Origin: a virus
DNA length: 41,882 bases
Virus record (IMG/VR): IMGVR_UViG_3300029331_000006
Strand: one strand, 5' to 3'
Below, one piece after another: positions 1 to 7,561 of this stretch. The notes beneath the pieces are model-generated. The model saw only the letters and a list, made by a program, of their open reading frames with translations. It made no database searches and had not been told where the DNA came from. Within the stretch, counting starts at the first letter, position 1, and every line of letters starts with the position of its first letter. The position numbers and the translations under genes were made by a program.

Positions 1-123
1 TTAAATCAACACTTCCGTATGTTTCAATGTCGATACTGAGTGATTTCATTTTGCCACCTTTTAATTAAGAAAATCGTCGTCATCGTCATATAGTCCCGCA
101 AAGTCGTCCTCCGCAGTGTTTCG
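1..123. repeat. Direct terminal repeat, copy 1 (identical to 41760-41882)
   Basis: Base-by-base comparison of both window ends. It contains the first 49 nt of the DNA polymerase ORF and the 3' end of the SSB gene. Confidence 0.95.
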
Positions 124-606
124 TCCGCCTAAAGGCTCTCCGTCCCTCGTTTTCATCAAATTATTAAGACCGCACGCAATACCTTTATTGCCGTTGGAGT
201 TAAAGGCGTAAAACGAAATTGACGCATGACCGTAACAACCGCTGTAAAATTCCGTCTTGTCGATTATCGGCTGACGTGACTTGTCCACAATACCCGGTGC
301 GGTTTTGCAGTTTGCGTTGACAAAATAACTGTTTGCATAGTTTTCGTCGTCCTCTCTGTCAGTATCACCGTCACGCAACGGCAACTTTAAATTTGCGGGA
401 ATTTTACCGCCGAACTTCGCAATGCCCTCTTGCTTTGCCGCCTCGATTGCGTTGTTTATTGCCTTGATTGTCTTTGTGTCGCTTTTCGGAATGATGATAC
501 TTACCGAATACTTTTCGTCACCGCCGTTGATTGATGACGGCTCCCAAACGTGTGCATAACTGAATCTTACTTCTCCTGTGATTACCTGTGTCTTTCTTTT
601 TTCCAT
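61..606 (-). CDS. ssDNA-binding protein, DUF2815 / T7 gp2.5-like
   Basis: 181 aa with an acidic C-terminal tail (GLYDDDDDFLN). Sits next to the DUF2800 gene and the polymerase. RBS AAGGAGA upstream. Confidence 0.8.
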   Translation of the reverse strand: MEKRKTQVITGEVRFSYAHVWEPSSINGGDEKYSVSIIIPKSDTKTIKAINNAIEAAKQEGIAKFGGKIPANLKLPLRDGDTDREDDENYANSYFVNANCKTAPGIVDKSRQPIIDKTEFYSGCYGHASISFYAFNSNGNKGIACGLNNLMKTRDGEPLGGRNTAEDDFAGLYDDDDDFLN

Positions 607-619
607 TGTTATTTCTCCT

Positions 620-1783
620 TTACTTTATATCTTTAAAATCTTCTGCCGCTTTCTCTGCCGAATTCCATTCGGGACGTTTGTCCTCCGAACGTACAAGCGT
701 CGGCTTTCCCTGCGGTTTTATTACATATTCTCCGAGCAGTTCGTTAAATCTTGCTCTGCCTAAAAGTGCTCCCATTTGGGTGATGTTAAGTATTTCTTTC
801 TTATATATGTTCTTTTCGTCATAACCGGCTTTAATTAATACATCGGCGATTTTGCTGTCGTCCTCCGCATATTTGCGGTTACTTCTTCCCTCAACCACTT
901 TAAATCCCGGATACTTAACGCCGTTATTAAGTGCCTGTTCCAAAGCATAGTCCTTTACGAGTTTCGACCACTTCGCAAGTTTTTCCGCTTGGTCTATTAC
1001 CTCCGCAATTTCATCTTCGGTAAGTTCCAAAGGCGGTTTGAAAACCATTGCCGCAAGCCTGTTTTTCTCCTCCGCATACGCACGGCATACGGCTCTTGCT
1101 TTGCAAAATCCGTCATCACAATGTCGCCCTGCTATACAGTCACCGTCACCGCTGTTCGCAAGTACGGCTTTAGGCTTTAAATCTTCGCCCCACTTAATGA
1201 GTTCGTCGCGTGTAAGCGTTTCCGTATCAATGTTATCAAGTCGCGGTTGGAATATCGTTAAATTGACTTTATGTATGTCGTATAGGTAGTCGTATTCGCT
1301 CAATGCTCCTAAGCCATATATCCTAAGCTGACTGTTCTTGTCTGCCGATACCTTTACGCCCTGTCCGTATTTAAGGTCTATTATTTCGATTATTCCGCCG
1401 CCGATAATAACGGTGTCGCCTGTACCGAATCCGTCGGGTACCCATTCCGAAAAATCTAAACGGCGTTCAAGATGAATCTGTGCGTCCTCGCATTGACTTT
1501 TCACTGCGTTGTACCGCTCTAATACAAAATCACGATAACTGTCCGTGTATTCTTCCATATCTTCGGTTATATCAAGCGAACGTATCATTTTATGATACTG
1601 CACGCGTGTTATGTGGTTTAAAGCTAATTTCAGCTTTGCCTCACCCAATGAATGTGCGGTAGTTCCCTCTTTTGCATATTCACTGCTTTCGTCGGGGAAT
1701 TTGCTTTCCATTGCGATTGACGCGGGGCAGTTTATCCACTTCTTTGACCCCGACGCCGAGAGTTTTGCGTGTTCTTCCGGCAT
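620..1783 (-). CDS. DUF2800-family PD-(D/E)XK (Cas4-like) nuclease
   Basis: 387 aa. N-terminus KLSASGSKKWINCPAS and a C-terminal Cys cluster (CIAGRHCDDGFCKARAVC), as expected for Cas4-like Fe-S nucleases. Conserved synteny with DUF2815 and PolA. Confidence 0.8.
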   Translation of the reverse strand: MPEEHAKLSASGSKKWINCPASIAMESKFPDESSEYAKEGTTAHSLGEAKLKLALNHITRVQYHKMIRSLDITEDMEEYTDSYRDFVLERYNAVKSQCEDAQIHLERRLDFSEWVPDGFGTGDTVIIGGGIIEIIDLKYGQGVKVSADKNSQLRIYGLGALSEYDYLYDIHKVNLTIFQPRLDNIDTETLTRDELIKWGEDLKPKAVLANSGDGDCIAGRHCDDGFCKARAVCRAYAEEKNRLAAMVFKPPLELTEDEIAEVIDQAEKLAKWSKLVKDYALEQALNNGVKYPGFKVVEGRSNRKYAEDDSKIADVLIKAGYDEKNIYKKEILNITQMGALLGRARFNELLGEYVIKPQGKPTLVRSEDKRPEWNSAEKAAEDFKDIK

Positions 1784-2151
1784 TACTTCACATCTCCTAT
1801 TCTCGTCATCGCCTCTGTGTATCGCTCAGGCGGTATTTCCGTTACTTTGTCGTAACCCATTTCTTGAAGCAGTCCCTTGGCCTTATCTCTGCCCTGCGAC
1901 TTCGCATATTCACCGAATGCCTTGCGTACTTCCTCTATTGTGTATTCCACTTCGGCGGTATTATCCTCTGTCGGCGTATCGTCTGACGTCTGTTCCTCTC
2001 TTACAACGTTCGCCGATTTCTCAACTTCCGCCTTTGTCATCTCCACAGGTCCCGTCTTTTTGTTGAGTACCGAACATAATCCGTACATTCGGTCGAGTAC
2101 TTCCTTGTTACCCTCAAAATCTTTCTGTTCAAGCCTAATTACAATTTGCAT
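1783..2151 (-). CDS. hypothetical early protein
   Basis: ORF in the operon; its stop overlaps the next start (TAATG). The preferred start is the ATG at 2151 (MQIVIRLEQ) with RBS AAAGGAA. The ORF track begins 12 codons earlier, at 2187. Confidence 0.65.
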   Translation of the reverse strand: MQIVIRLEQKDFEGNKEVLDRMYGLCSVLNKKTGPVEMTKAEVEKSANVVREEQTSDDTPTEDNTAEVEYTIEEVRKAFGEYAKSQGRDKAKGLLQEMGYDKVTEIPPERYTEAMTRIGDVK

Positions 2152-2179
2152 TGATTTTCGTTCCTTTCTGTGGTATAAT
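2151..2179 (+). promoter_or_regulatory. Near-consensus sigma-A-type promoter, antisense to the early operon
   Basis: TTGATT (2151-2156), 17-nt spacer, TGgTATAAT (2171-2179). Confidence 0.4.
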
Positions 2180-2183
2180 GTTG

Positions 2184-2218
2184 ACATAGATTAATAATCT
2201 ATGTGTTTTTGTTATTTG
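2184..2218 (+). terminator. Perfect 10+10 palindrome followed by a T-rich tract (plus-strand orientation)
   Basis: ACATAGATTA-A-TAATCTATGT at 2184-2204, then GTTTTTGTTATTTG. Confidence 0.35.
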
Positions 2219-2223
2219 ACCGT

Positions 2224-2406
2224 TTATGAGTGCCAGCTCTGACGGTCATTTTTTTCTACAATATTAATTAGTGGCTCGCCACCGTTACGATTATAACGTA
2301 CTTCAAAATCAGCACTGCCATTAATCAATATTTTGGTTCTGTCGGGAAATGCGTTTAATATTGAAACAAGCTCGTCATTTCTGTAGCTTTCTACTTCATC
2401 ATTCAT
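2224..2406 (-). CDS. hypothetical early protein
   Basis: 60-aa ORF in the same-strand operon; overlaps the upstream ORF by 8 nt. Confidence 0.55.
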   Translation of the reverse strand: MNDEVESYRNDELVSILNAFPDRTKILINGSADFEVRYNRNGGEPLINIVEKNDRQSWHS

Positions 2407-2671
2407 CTTTTTTCACCTTCAACTTCTTCTTGATGTCATTTAACTTCTTGAAATTCATTCTGTATTCTTTATCGACTGGTTCATCGATAAATACCACGAA
2501 ACTCATAATTTTTCTTGACGTCCCGCTCTCGCGTACACTTACACCTACCTGCGGATACATACTATTACCTATCAACGTATACAGAACAATCGGTGCGTTA
2601 TCCTTGTTTACTGCCAATAAATTAATCTGCAAACACAAATCGTGCAGTTCTGTTATTTGCTTTGCCGTCAT
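2399..2671 (-). CDS. hypothetical early protein
   Basis: 90-aa ORF; its start overlaps the stop of the upstream small ORF (ATGA). Confidence 0.65.
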   Translation of the reverse strand: MTAKQITELHDLCLQINLLAVNKDNAPIVLYTLIGNSMYPQVGVSVRESGTSRKIMSFVVFIDEPVDKEYRMNFKKLNDIKKKLKVKKDE

Positions 2672-2841
2672 TGTTTCTTTCCTCCGATAATCTTCGCAAC
2701 ACTCATTTCAAGCGGGTGTTTTGACTTGATACGATTTGTTATCCCATATCCTTTTGCTATGTATGCCTTAACCGACTTGTTCTCATCAGCGTTTAAAACC
2801 ACAACATCATCTCTGCCCGTCATTACTACATATTTGTTCAT
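2668..2841 (-). CDS. hypothetical small protein (57 aa, below the ORF-track cutoff)
   Basis: Hand translation gives MNKYVVMTGRDDVVVLNADENKSVKAYIAKGYGITNRIKSKHPLEMSVAKIIGGKKQ. RBS AAAGGAA upstream; ATGA overlap with the next gene. Confidence 0.45.
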   Translation of the reverse strand: MNKYVVMTGRDDVVVLNADENKSVKAYIAKGYGITNRIKSKHPLEMSVAKIIGGKKQ

Positions 2842-2951
2842 TTGAAAATATTCCTTTCACCGTTATTTTCTGCTTTGCGTGTCCTCTGCACTCCTTGGCG
2901 AATGCGTTAATCATCGGAAATACTTCTCTGTGAAAATATTCTTCCGTTTTC

Positions 2952-3104
2952 TCATTCTCTGTTTTTGGTTTTCTTTTTAGCATTTTTTATGTCCCTTTCT
3001 GCCAATTTCCAACTTATGATTAGTCCGATACTGAAACTAATCAGTGCAATTCCTATTGTGTTCATTAGTTTACCTCTCTTTATCCTGTGAGCTTGTCCCA
3101 TCAT
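2952..3104 (-). CDS. small single-pass membrane protein
   Basis: Hydrophobic segment IGIALISFSIGLIISW. The start is ambiguous: ATG at 3104, or ATG at 3065, which has the better RBS (GAGAGGT). Confidence 0.45.
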   Translation of the reverse strand: MMGQAHRIKRGKLMNTIGIALISFSIGLIISWKLAERDIKNAKKKTKNRE

Positions 3105-3111
3105 CGGAGCA

Positions 3112-3345
3112 TTAAGCTCCTTTTTCTTTGTTTGCTTGAATAGCATTGTACTCGTCAATCATCTCCTGCGACGGCTCAACCGTTACATCACCGTACCCAA
3201 GCATATGATACATATTTTCTATATGAGGTTTCCAATGCTGAAAACGCTCATAAGCAGGTCTGTCTTGCCAACTTCCTACCACTTCAACATGTACTTTAGG
3301 TTGCTTTCTCGGCTTTCTTGCCTTTTTGGTCTTTTCCGCCTCCAT
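3112..3345 (-). CDS. hypothetical protein
   Basis: Start ATG at 3345 preceded by GGAGGTGG. The longer ORF-track version would overlap the antirepressor gene. Confidence 0.6.
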   Translation of the reverse strand: MEAEKTKKARKPRKQPKVHVEVVGSWQDRPAYERFQHWKPHIENMYHMLGYGDVTVEPSQEMIDEYNAIQANKEKGA

Positions 3346-3401
3346 GATTTCCACCTCCTGCTTTAATCTATGTATTTCATTTTTTGTCCTATTACTTTGT
3401 A

Positions 3402-4196
3402 CTAAGCGATCTGCTCCTGTTCCATTATCGGAAGTATACCCTCGCTCTTTAACAATGCATAAATAAACAATCTGCCTTTTTGTGTCCAATATGTATTTAC
3501 TTTAGAATGTTGCTTGCCGTCATTTCCGTTTACAGTATGCGTCTTTGTACTTGTGTAGCCTTTTTCAGCATATTCCTTATACAACAGCCATATCCCTCCT
3601 TGCTTAAACTGTATCTGGTGTTCTTTTAAGAAATTGTTTAACCATTTTGCCGACTTACCGTAATCCTTTGCTATGACAGTGACTGATAATAAATCGGGAC
3701 AATTTAAAACTAAATCATAATATGACGCCTTTGGTTGAAGTTCCATAATCTGCTGTTCTTGAACTTTAACAGTGGTGTTTAGTTTCTTATTTTTCTCTCG
3801 CTCCAATTTTAATGCCGTAAACGCCTGTATAGCCAAATCGGGATTTTCCAATAGTTCTTCGGTCGCATACATTCCTGTTTTGCGTATCGCCGGTAATACA
3901 TCAGCCGTAACCCAATGCTTAAACTTCTTCGCATTCGGCATTTTGCTTGATAGGATAAGACTGTACAAACCCGATTCATTGATACATACCGGATTTTGTT
4001 CTCTACCGATGGAGTCACGAATCGTTACCCCATCCGTTTTGTCATCTTCATCAACATGGTCCGCTAAAGCTTTGCGAGGATTGCTATACCCAAGTATTCC
4101 CGCCACATCCTTACCGACAAACATAATCTCTCCGTTTACTGTTGTTGTTCTTACAGAGCCGAACTCTGCATTTTCAAATACCTTTAATTCTTCCAT
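3402..4196 (-). CDS. antirepressor (Bro-N domain plus KilAC/ANT C-terminal domain)
   Basis: N-terminus FENAEFGSVRTTTVNGEIMFVGKDVAGILGYSNPRKA and C-terminus SVTVIAKDYGKSAKWLNNFLKEHQIQ, both typical of the family. Confidence 0.9.
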   Translation of the reverse strand: MEELKVFENAEFGSVRTTTVNGEIMFVGKDVAGILGYSNPRKALADHVDEDDKTDGVTIRDSIGREQNPVCINESGLYSLILSSKMPNAKKFKHWVTADVLPAIRKTGMYATEELLENPDLAIQAFTALKLEREKNKKLNTTVKVQEQQIMELQPKASYYDLVLNCPDLLSVTVIAKDYGKSAKWLNNFLKEHQIQFKQGGIWLLYKEYAEKGYTSTKTHTVNGNDGKQHSKVNTYWTQKGRLFIYALLKSEGILPIMEQEQIA

Positions 4197-4227
4197 AATT
4201 TAAATTTTCCTTTCTTATACATGTCGA

Positions 4228-4256
4228 TTGTATTTTTTAACCATTTGTGCTATAAT
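4228..4256 (+). promoter_or_regulatory. Extended -10 promoter for the plus-strand small gene
   Basis: TTGTAT (4228-4233), 17-nt spacer, TGcTATAAT (4248-4256). Confidence 0.5.
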
Positions 4257-4279
4257 CATCTCGGAAGGAGGTGATTATA

Positions 4280-4477
4280 ATGACAACAATATTTGTACAT
4301 TTCTTAGACTTAAAAATTAATAAGTCAATCGAATTTAATTATATCCCGCATATCGGAGAAAAGTTTTCACTGTCCGAAAACGGAGATATATACGTTGTAA
4401 AGGATATACTATACAATAATTTTTCTTGCCCATATAAAATTGAATTGTATGTATCAAAATCAACACTTAATAGCTAA
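4280..4477 (+). CDS. hypothetical protein on the strand opposite the early operon
   Basis: Strong RBS GGAAGGAGGTGA ahead of the ATG at 4280, and its own promoter. The 3' end overlaps the convergent gene by 4 nt. Confidence 0.6.
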   Translation: MTTIFVHFLDLKINKSIEFNYIPHIGEKFSLSENGDIYVVKDILYNNFSCPYKIELYVSKSTLNS

Positions 4478-4740
4478 CAGCTATATTGATACCCTTTTAC
4501 AAGTGGCTCCCACTGTGTTTGTTTGCTTACACTTACGGGAGCTATTCTTTTATAACCACCGTCACAATTATAATCGGCATTCTTATTTGAAATAATCTTA
4601 CTACTTCCTACATAGTAATAATCACCTGTATGACGATTTTGTGATACGTATAAACACAATGCTTTTTCTTCATCTGCATATATCACATGAAGAAGAATAC
4701 CGTTATCGAGCTTTATATACTCATCTTTCTTAAATTTCAT
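4474..4740 (-). CDS. hypothetical early protein
   Basis: Start ATG at 4740 (MKFKKDEY) after RBS AGGTGAG. Confidence 0.65.
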   Translation of the reverse strand: MKFKKDEYIKLDNGILLHVIYADEEKALCLYVSQNRHTGDYYYVGSSKIISNKNADYNCDGGYKRIAPVSVSKQTQWEPLVKGYQYSC

Positions 4741-4774
4741 AATTCTCACCTACTTTCTTATATTACCTATGCAT

Positions 4775-4792
4775 AGTTGCTTTTAGGAAACT
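4775..4792. promoter_or_regulatory. Distal operator-like site (AGTTGCTT-TT-AGGAAACT)
   Basis: 16 of 18 positions match site 5101-5118. Same half-site, AGGAAAC, as the switch-region sites. Confidence 0.4.
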
Positions 4793-4995
4793 AATTCAGC
4801 AAAAAAAATATTCATTATTTTTTCTTCATCTAATCCAAGAATAGACGCAATCTTTTGAATTTCTTCTTGCTTAAAGCTTGTTTCCCCTTTTAACCTGCTA
4901 TATAGGCATTTTTTTGATACACCCAATCTCTCTGCAAGTTGCGGTTTTGTTAAACCCTTTCTTGCAATTTCTGCATTTAAGTCGTCTATGTTCAT
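4783..4995 (-). CDS. Cro-like XRE-family HTH regulator
   Basis: 70 aa with HTH LTKPQLAERLGVSKKCLYSRLKG. Divergent from the CI gene. Confidence 0.85.
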   Translation of the reverse strand: MNIDDLNAEIARKGLTKPQLAERLGVSKKCLYSRLKGETSFKQEEIQKIASILGLDEEKIMNIFFAELVS

Positions 4996-5012
4996 TTTAT
5001 CACCTCTTTCTT

Positions 5013-5030
5013 TGTTTCCTTTAGGATACT
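5013..5030. promoter_or_regulatory. Operator palindrome TGTTTCCT-TT-AGGATACT
   Basis: Near-perfect dyad lying just downstream of the cro promoter -10 element. Confidence 0.5.
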
Positions 5031-5033
5031 TCT

Positions 5034-5062
5034 ATGATAGCATATAATTCTTACTCTGTCAA
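5034..5062 (-). promoter_or_regulatory. Early lytic promoter (cro direction)
   Basis: On the minus strand: TTGACA (5057-5062), 17-nt spacer, TGcTATCAT (-10 at 5034-5039). Confidence 0.6.
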
Positions 5063-5077
5063 CCCCTTTAGGAAACT
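5060..5077. promoter_or_regulatory. Operator half-site (TT-AGGAAACT) abutting the cro -35 element
   Basis: Exact AGGAAACT at 5070-5077. The left half is degenerate. Confidence 0.35.
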
Positions 5078-5100
5078 TTTTAAAACTTTTTTGAAAAAAT

Positions 5101-5118
5101 AGTTGCTTTTTTGAAACT
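5101..5118. promoter_or_regulatory. Operator-like site AGTTGCTT-TT-TTGAAACT overlapping the CI -35 element
   Basis: Sequence relative of 4775-4792 and 5013-5030. Confidence 0.4.
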
Positions 5119-5131
5119 GTTATGTTAATAT
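5103..5131 (+). promoter_or_regulatory. Promoter for the CI repressor gene
   Basis: TTGCTT (5103-5108), 17-nt spacer, TGtTAATAT (5123-5131). Confidence 0.5.
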
Positions 5132-5157
5132 GTATTTATAGAAAAGGGGTGTTTACA

Positions 5158-5787
5158 TTGGATATAGGAACAATTATAAGAAATAGACGTTTAGAACTTA
5201 ATTTAACCCTTGAGGAAATAGGAAATGCCGTTGGGGTTAGCAAAAGTACAGTTCAAAAGTGGGAGAATGGTTTTATATCTAATATGAAAAGAGATAAAAT
5301 CTCTGCATTAGCAAAGGTTTTAAATATTAATCCAGTTACTTTAATTACAGGTGAATATCCTGTTTCTCTACCAGAGGGAGCAGTACCATACAATCCTGTA
5401 ATGCACAGAATACCTATCTTAGGAGATATTGCGGCAGGATTACCGATATTTTCGGAAGAAAATTATGAGGGATATACTTATACAGAATTAAATCATGGTG
5501 GTAAATATTTTGCTTTAAAAGTAAAGGGCGATAGTATGACCGCCGCAAACATTCCCGACGGAAGTCTTGTAACTGTTCGTGTACAACCAACAGTTGAAAA
5601 CGGTGAAATTGCCGCTGTTCGTGTTAATCACGATACTTTTACGATAAAGCGCTTTAAGCAAGAAAAAAATATTGTCATGCTTATGCCTCAATCTTATAAC
5701 CCCGAACATCAAACACAAATTTATGACTTAAAACAAGACGATGTTGAGATAGTAGGAAAAGTAGTTGAATGTAAAGTCGGTTTTTAA
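5158..5787 (+). CDS. CI-type repressor, XRE HTH plus S24 (LexA-like) self-cleaving peptidase domain
   Basis: HTH LTLEEIGNAVGVSKSTVQKWENG, AAG cleavage-site motif (GDIAAGLP), and catalytic GDSM with a downstream K (TIKRFK). Start is likely the TTG at 5158 after AAAGGGG; the ORF-track ATG at 5122 lies inside the promoter. Confidence 0.9.
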   Translation: MDIGTIIRNRRLELNLTLEEIGNAVGVSKSTVQKWENGFISNMKRDKISALAKVLNINPVTLITGEYPVSLPEGAVPYNPVMHRIPILGDIAAGLPIFSEENYEGYTYTELNHGGKYFALKVKGDSMTAANIPDGSLVTVRVQPTVENGEIAAVRVNHDTFTIKRFKQEKNIVMLMPQSYNPEHQTQIYDLKQDDVEIVGKVVECKVGF

Positions 5788-5837
5788 TATTTATACAGAT
5801 TAACAAATTGTATTTTTTAGAAATATAAAACAAGGAA

Positions 5838-6167
5838 GTGATGATATTGAATGAATTAGAACAAATTCACAACCTAAGTAAAGCACACAAGATACAAATG
5901 ACAGACCACGCATTAAAACGAGCTAACGAACGTTCGATAGATATTCTTACCGATATACTTCCGGCATTAAAGCGATGCGAAATAATCGAAGAATATCCAA
6001 ATGATTATCCATACAAAAGCTTCCTCGTAATCGGTAAAACATCAAGCGAAAAATATATACACATAGTTTGTGCCATAGGAGAAGATGTTGTTTGGATAAT
6101 AACAGAATATTTCCCGAATAATATAGAATGGGAAAAAGACTTTAAAACAAGAAAGAAGGGTTTATAA
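5838..6167 (+). CDS. DUF4258-family protein (toxin-like), copy 1
   Basis: Motif pattern HALKRANERSI...IIEEYP...IHIVCA...VWIITEY. Start is ambiguous: GTG 5838, ATG 5841 or TTG 5847. Confidence 0.8.
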   Translation: MMILNELEQIHNLSKAHKIQMTDHALKRANERSIDILTDILPALKRCEIIEEYPNDYPYKSFLVIGKTSSEKYIHIVCAIGEDVVWIITEYFPNNIEWEKDFKTRKKGL

Positions 6168-6168
6168 A

Positions 6169-6396
6169 ATGAAATGTCTATTATGTAAATCAAGTACAGA
6201 AAATAAGCTTACAAATTATATTGCAGATTTGGGGAATTGCATTATTGTTATACACAACGTGCCTACTCAAGTATGTACACAATGTGGCGAAAAATCATAT
6301 TCATTCGACGTTTCTGTTCGTATTCAAGAATTGATAAACCAAGTGAAAAATATTGTTTCGGGTATTGCTGAATTGAATTATTCGGAAGTTGCTTGA
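6169..6396 (+). CDS. YgiT/MqsA-type zinc-finger protein (antitoxin-like, no HTH domain), copy 1
   Basis: MKCLLC...VPTQVCTQCGEKSYS, i.e. a CxxC...CxxC ribbon. Starts 1 nt after the DUF4258 stop. Confidence 0.8.
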   Translation: MKCLLCKSSTENKLTNYIADLGNCIIVIHNVPTQVCTQCGEKSYSFDVSVRIQELINQVKNIVSGIAELNYSEVA

Positions 6397-6408
6397 TGTT
6401 ATAAGGAA

Positions 6409-6822
6409 GTGATGATATTGGAAATAATAAAATATTACGGTAGTGATGAAACGAAAACCGAATTTATAAATCATGACAGTGAGCCATTAATGGCAGTAAT
6501 TGCACACGACCGCTCACACGCTGTTGTTTCGTTGCTTGACGAGGGTTGTGAACACCATTTATTATTGGCAAAGGCTCTCGACAAATATAATATAGATGAA
6601 TATTTTAGAATTATTTTTGATAACGAAGGTGCGGATTGGACTTTTGTATGCCCGCCTAATTACAAAAATATAACTAACAAAGAAAAACGTATAACGGAAT
6701 TTTTTAATGACGGTGTTGATGCTATAACCGAATTTCTGAAACAAATCGGTTATGACGTGCCTATTAACGTCCCAAGACGTTACCGCAGACATATGGACTA
6801 TTTGAAAAATTCAGAGTATTAA
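6409..6822 (+). CDS. hypothetical protein between the two DUF4258/ZnF pairs
   Basis: 137-aa ORF. Its initiation region is an exact 18-nt copy of the one at 5832-5849. Confidence 0.7.
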   Translation: MMILEIIKYYGSDETKTEFINHDSEPLMAVIAHDRSHAVVSLLDEGCEHHLLLAKALDKYNIDEYFRIIFDNEGADWTFVCPPNYKNITNKEKRITEFFNDGVDAITEFLKQIGYDVPINVPRRYRRHMDYLKNSEY

Positions 6823-6863
6823 AGGGGTTTTTATATATAAAATTAGAGAAACGTAAGTAAAAA

Positions 6864-7208
6864 TTGAAAGGATTGATAACAATTAACGATTTTCCATATA
6901 ATATAAACGATTTGAAAAATGCGTGTAAGAATAAAAAAATTATTTGGAAAGAACACGCTACTCAAAGGCTATTGCAAAGAAAAATATTAAGAGATGAAGT
7001 CATACAATGTGTTTTAAACGGCGAAATTATAGAAAATTATATAAGCGACAAACCTTTTGCAAGTTGTCTTGTATTCGGATATAGAGGTATTGACAAGCCG
7101 TTACACGTCGTATGTAGTTTTGACGACGAATATATCTATATTATAACAGCATATATTCCCGATACCATAAAATTTTATGATGATTTGAAAACAAGAAAGG
7201 AGAATTAA
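6864..7208 (+). CDS. DUF4258-family protein (toxin-like), copy 2
   Basis: HATQRLLQRKI...IIENY...LHVVCS...IYIITAY. Diverged paralog of 5838-6167. Start is uncertain because the RBS is weak. Confidence 0.75.
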   Translation: MKGLITINDFPYNINDLKNACKNKKIIWKEHATQRLLQRKILRDEVIQCVLNGEIIENYISDKPFASCLVFGYRGIDKPLHVVCSFDDEYIYIITAYIPDTIKFYDDLKTRKEN

Positions 7209-7210
7209 TT

Positions 7211-7441
7211 ATGAAATGTATCGAATGTGGTCATGACACTATTAACAAAAACAGAACATATGTTGCAAATCTTGAAAATTGCGTTATTATTATAAAAAAT
7301 GTTCCGGCTATGGTTTGTGAGCATTGCAACGAAGTTTATTATTCCGATGAAGTATTCGGGCAAATTGAAAAAATAGTATACAAACTCGAAAACATTATAA
7401 ATGATATTGCAGTTATTGACTATACAAATTCTGCCGCGTAA
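7211..7441 (+). CDS. YgiT/MqsA-type zinc-finger protein (antitoxin-like), copy 2
   Basis: MKCIECGH...VPAMVCEHCNEVYYS. Diverged paralog of 6169-6396. Confidence 0.8.
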   Translation: MKCIECGHDTINKNRTYVANLENCVIIIKNVPAMVCEHCNEVYYSDEVFGQIEKIVYKLENIINDIAVIDYTNSAA

Positions 7442-7561
7442 AAAATTCCCCTGCCTGTTGGAGCAGACAGAGGAAAAAGAATAAAGTGCATTTATACACA
7501 TATGTCACGCTCCCCACGGAGTGTGTGAGTTGAAATATAACACAAGAAAGGAAGATTTACG

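Noticed and set aside
1-49. Apparent partial ORF at the window start
   Set aside because: It is the duplicated 5' end of the DNA polymerase gene (41760-41808) within the terminal overlap, so it is not a separate gene.
5122-5157. ORF-track ATG start (5122) for the CI repressor
   Set aside because: That ATG lies within the predicted -10 region, and its N-terminal extension (MLICIYRKGVFT) is not protein-like. The TTG at 5158 has an RBS and gives a standard HTH N-terminus.
7205-7501. 98-aa minus-strand ORF
   Set aside because: It is antisense to the well-supported zinc-finger gene 7211-7441, AT-codon-rich and without an RBS.
7445-7520. Imperfect hairpins (TCCCCTGCCTG/CAGACAGAGGA and CACGCTCC/GGAGTGTG) between the second zinc-finger gene and the integrase, considered as a terminator or attP
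   Set aside because: The stems contain mismatches and no T-run follows. attP upstream of the integrase fits the overall prophage gene order less well. It remains the alternative to 9059-9096.
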